A stretch of DNA of 31,507 nucleotides, taken from a bacterium. GTDB lineage: Bacteria; Methylomirabilota; Methylomirabilia; CAVQYV01. Of this stretch, positions 28,627 through 31,507 are shown one piece after another. The translations under genes and the position numbers were made by a program. The first letter of the stretch is position 1, and each line of letters starts with the position of its first letter. Location of the stretch: assembly GCA_043800755.1 (NCBI GenBank), contig JAZDMQ010000164.1, forward strand, positions 1-31,507, in the 5' to 3' direction. The notes beneath the pieces are model-generated. The model ran no database searches, was not told the DNA's origin, and was given only the letters and a program-made list of their open reading frames with translations.

Positions 28627-28655
28627 TTGACAGGGGGAAGGCAAAGGAGTAGATA
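28627..28655 (+). promoter_or_regulatory. Putative sigma70 promoter
   Basis: Perfect TTGACA, 17-nt spacer, weak -10 TAGATA; A-tracts upstream. Confidence 0.55.
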
Positions 28656-28660
28656 GCGAA

Positions 28661-28814
28661 TTGTCACGGAGCTAATTCGACAACTTAGGTAAGGCTTGAA
28701 GGCTCCATTTCCTGGTCGAGCGCACAGTGGTTGCCGCCCTTCGGCAGGAGGTGGACAAATAATGATAGGCACCGGATAGGTCTTGTCTCCTGAGATCACG
28801 GTGCTTTTCTATTT
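28661..28814 (+). ncRNA. Candidate structured leader RNA / sRNA with terminator-like hairpin
   Basis: Manual pairing gives two long hairpins closed by TTGTC/GACAA, then a GCACCG/CGGTGC hairpin followed by TTTTCTATTT; not recognised as a known family. Confidence 0.45.
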
Positions 28815-28926
28815 GCGGGCTGGCAGAGGCAAGAGACCCGCGATTGTCCCGTTGGCCAATGCAGAGGAGGCACCCTACCTGAAAAAGAGTGAGATCAGAT
28901 CATCCACGCATCTGGAGGAGGCCGTC

Positions 28927-29772
28927 ATGAAGATCAGCAATCACCGCTTGTTCAAAGATGATGATACCCCTTATCCCTTTCAGGAGAGCCCCAACACGGG
29001 CGGGCAGATGAAGCCGGAATACCTAATCATGCACTACACGGCGGGGGGGAGCGCGAAGGAATCCGTGCAATGGCTCACCAACCCCCGAGCCAAGGCCTCG
29101 GCCCATCTGGTGATCGGACGAGATGGAAGCCTCACCCAGCTCGTGCCCTTCGCTACCAAGGCCTGGCACGCGGGCGTCAGCACCTGGGAGGGCCGCACCG
29201 GCTTTAACAGCTTCTCCGTCGGCATTGAGCTGGACAACGCGGGGCCCCTCACGCGGCACGACAACAAATGGCGCGCCTGGTTTGGCACCGAATACCGGAA
29301 CAGCGAGGCCATCGAGGCGACCCATAAGAACGAGACCAAGCCCAGAGGCTGGCGTCTCTATCCCCCGGTCCAGATCGAGGCGGCTATGGAGGTGGGGAGC
29401 CTGCTGGTCAGCCATTATAACCTGCGCGAGGTGCTGGGCCATGAGGACATTGCGCCCGGCCGAAAGTCCGACCCCGGACCGGCCTTCCCCCTGCTGAGCT
29501 TTCGCGCCCGCCTCCTGGGCCGCCAGGAGGAAGAGGAGGTGCAGTATCAGACCACCAGCGAGCTGAACATCCGCACGGGTCCTGGCACGCAGCATCCTCC
29601 CATCCCTGGCAGCCCTCTCCCGCCGGCCACCCGCGTAGAGATCCTGCAGCGTGAGGGAAGCTGGGCCCTGGTCGATGTGCTCAGCGTGGTCGGCGGCGTC
29701 ATGGACATGCAAGGCTGGGTCCACTCGCGCTATCTCCAGCGGGCTGGGCGGGCCCCTGGAATCACCGCCTGA
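28927..29772 (+). CDS. N-acetylmuramoyl-L-alanine amidase (Amidase_2) with C-terminal SH3b domain
   Basis: MHYTAG, ASAHLVIGRDG, AWHAG, SVGIEL, GHEDIAPGRKSDPG; SH3b LNIRTGPG...W...GWVHSRYL; ATG at 28927 after GGAGGAG. Confidence 0.92.
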   Translation: MKISNHRLFKDDDTPYPFQESPNTGGQMKPEYLIMHYTAGGSAKESVQWLTNPRAKASAHLVIGRDGSLTQLVPFATKAWHAGVSTWEGRTGFNSFSVGIELDNAGPLTRHDNKWRAWFGTEYRNSEAIEATHKNETKPRGWRLYPPVQIEAAMEVGSLLVSHYNLREVLGHEDIAPGRKSDPGPAFPLLSFRARLLGRQEEEEVQYQTTSELNIRTGPGTQHPPIPGSPLPPATRVEILQREGSWALVDVLSVVGGVMDMQGWVHSRYLQRAGRAPGITA

Positions 29773-29813
29773 GGGTATTTCAGGTTCGTCTCTATGGGAG
29801 AAAGGAGAGTGCG

Positions 29814-30869
29814 ATGGACTATCCGTTTCGTAACCTCATATTTGAGGGGGGCGGTGTCAAAGGAATCGCCTATGTGGGCGCCATGGAGGTGCTGAAGGAG
29901 AAGGGCATCCTGGAAAAGATCGAGCGGGCCGGAGGGGCCTCCGCCGGGGCGATCAACGCGCTGCTGTTCGGACTGAACTACTCTCCGGCGGAGACCAAAG
30001 ACCTCCTCATGGAGCTGGATTTTACCAACTTCCTTGACGACACCTGGGGGGTGGTCCGCGATACCGAGCGTCTGCTGAAAGAGTTCGGTTGGTACAAGGG
30101 GGATTACTTTCGAAAATGGATTGCCCAGCGCATCAAGGAGAAGGCCGGCAATGGGGAAGCCACCTTCAAGGAGGTCTATGATCTGCGGAGCAAGAAGGGA
30201 TTTCGGGACATCCACATGGTCGGCACCAACCTCTCCACCCACTTTGGGGAGGTCTTTTCCAATGAGCACACGCCCCGCATGCCGTTGGCAGACGCGGTGC
30301 GCATCTCGATGTCCATTCCCCTGTTCTTTGCCGCCAAGCGGAGCCTGCGGGGAGATGTTTATGTGGACGGCGGACTATTAAGTAACTATCCCATTAAGTT
30401 GTTTGACCGGGAGAAGTATTTGAAAGAGGAGACCCTGTCCTTGCACGGTCGGGTTCCCGATTACTATAAGAAACACAATGCGAGCCTGAAGAGGCAGCGG
30501 ATCACGGCGAGCCCATACATCTACAATATGGAAACCCTGGGATTCAGGCTCGATTCGGCCCGAGAGATCGCGGTCTTCAGAGATCAGGCAGAGCCTCCCC
30601 GAGAGGAGATCGGCGACTTCTTCTCCTATTTGTGGGGGCTTGTTCAGACCATCTTCGAGGGGCAGGCCAACGAGCATCTCCACAGCGACGACTGGCAGCG
30701 GACGATCTACATCGATACCCTGGGGGTGAAGACGACGGACTTCAAGCTCTCCAAGAAGAAGAAGGAGGCACTGATCGAGTCGGGGCGGAAGTTGACCCGG
30801 TCCTATTTCGATGATTGGTACGATAAGGAAGATCTGGAGGAGCCCCCGGCGAACCGCCCTGTTTCATAG
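29814..30869 (+). CDS. Patatin-like phospholipase (ExoU/VipD-like subgroup)
   Basis: FEGGGVKG oxyanion loop, GASAG nucleophile elbow, AVRISMSIPLFF, DGG.L.NYP. Confidence 0.92.
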   Translation: MDYPFRNLIFEGGGVKGIAYVGAMEVLKEKGILEKIERAGGASAGAINALLFGLNYSPAETKDLLMELDFTNFLDDTWGVVRDTERLLKEFGWYKGDYFRKWIAQRIKEKAGNGEATFKEVYDLRSKKGFRDIHMVGTNLSTHFGEVFSNEHTPRMPLADAVRISMSIPLFFAAKRSLRGDVYVDGGLLSNYPIKLFDREKYLKEETLSLHGRVPDYYKKHNASLKRQRITASPYIYNMETLGFRLDSAREIAVFRDQAEPPREEIGDFFSYLWGLVQTIFEGQANEHLHSDDWQRTIYIDTLGVKTTDFKLSKKKKEALIESGRKLTRSYFDDWYDKEDLEEPPANRPVS

Positions 30870-30968
30870 GAAGGCGCCAGTCGCGTCGCCCCATTTCCTC
30901 CTGACCCTTCGTTGCCTTTCCGTGCCATATCCCTTTTGTCGCCCCTGGCCTTTTCGCCGGGGGCGAGG

Positions 30969-30974
30969 TATAAT
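30969..30974 (+). promoter_or_regulatory. Possible -10 element for the PEBP gene
   Basis: Perfect TATAAT 110 nt upstream of the ATG at 31085; no good -35. Confidence 0.35.
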
Positions 30975-31084
30975 GAGCTGCGCGATAACTTAGTAGAACA
31001 CCTTCGTCGCCGAAATGCTCCGTCTTTACCCAGGACGCGTGATACGGAATCCTTTTAACTTCTCTTCTGCACGGAGGTATCGCC

Positions 31085-31507
31085 ATGTTTCGGAAACCTG
31101 ATCTCCTGCTGATCTCCTATCTGGCCCTTGTATTGTCCTTCTTGTTCTTTGCCTCCTCGGCCCAGAGTAATCCCAAGACGGCGCCCGACAAGGGAAAACC
31201 GGTGGCCCTCCAGTTCACCAGTCCTGCCTTCGTGGAAGGGGCGTCGATTCCAGCCAAGCACACCTGCGATGGGGCAGACCGCTCCCCGCCCCTGAAGTGG
31301 GGCAAGGTGCCACCAGGAACCAAGGGCCTGGCCCTGATCTGCGATGACCCGGACGCCCCGGTCGGCACCTGGGTGCACTGGGTGATCTATGGCCTACCGG
31401 CCTCGGTCACCGAGCTGCCCGAGGGGCTCCCCACCACCGAGACCCTGCCGAGCGGGGCCAAGCAGGGGATCAATGACTTCAGGCGCATCGGATACGGTGG
31501 TCCCTGT
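31085..31507 (+). CDS. YbhB/YbcL-family (PEBP, Raf kinase inhibitor-like) protein, probably exported, 3' truncated by window edge
   Basis: Manual translation: hydrophobic N-terminus, TSPAF..G..IP.KHTCDG.DRSPPL.W, LICDDPDAP.GTWVHWV, GYGGPC; GGAGG upstream. Confidence 0.92.
   Translation, partial: MFRKPDLLLISYLALVLSFLFFASSAQSNPKTAPDKGKPVALQFTSPAFVEGASIPAKHTCDGADRSPPLKWGKVPPGTKGLALICDDPDAPVGTWVHWVIYGLPASVTELPEGLPTTETLPSGAKQGINDFRRIGYGGPC

Noticed and set aside
28783..28926. 48-aa N-terminal extension of the amidase
   Set aside because: The TTG lies inside the terminator-like hairpin with no good SD; ATG 28927 has GGAGGAG and starts the domain
29814..30869. CBASS CapV assignment for the patatin
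   Set aside because: No CD-NTase or cap2/cap3 neighbours, and the motifs fit the ExoU/VipD-like subgroup better
30910..30930. Minus-strand sigma54-like TGGCAC...GC element
   Set aside because: GG-to-GC spacing is one base short, the TT before GC is missing, and there is no credible minus-strand gene downstream
28558..31084. Prophage or mobile-element origin of the amidase-patatin unit
   Set aside because: No integrase, transposase, tRNA, structural genes or flanking direct repeats visible

Overview
Bacterial chromosomal segment in which every supported gene is on the + strand. Bases 1-16229 hold the end of tuf and a complete, canonically ordered S10-spc-alpha superoperon (rpsJ to rplO, secY, adk, map, infA, rpmJ, rpsM/K/D, rpoA, rplQ), closed by an intrinsic terminator. 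Just after it is a perfect (TCCT)17 microsatellite directly upstream of a sigma70-like promoter. That promoter precedes a ~12 kb tightly packed run of accessory genes (16512-28557): a small EF-Tu-domain-II-like protein, PflX-like radical SAM, Mth938-like, M28 peptidase, PolX-PHP, Lrp/AsnC ligand-binding protein, THEP1-like NTPase, archaemetzincin, a frameshifted DUF2207 gene, a TM/winged-helix/Zn-ribbon protein, DUF72, SplB-like radical SAM, DUF169 and an FGE/SUMF1-fold protein. A separate unit follows: a TTGACA promoter, a ~150 nt highly structured leader (sequestered SD, 5-codon mini-ORF, terminator-like hairpin), then an amidase_2-SH3b gene and a patatin-like phospholipase gene. The window ends inside a YbhB/YbcL (PEBP) gene. 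The best candidates for novelty are the structured leader with the amidase-patatin pair, the TCCT repeat and the DUF2207 dinucleotide-slip frameshift. All family calls come from motif recognition by eye and all RNA folds from manual pairing; no searches were run.
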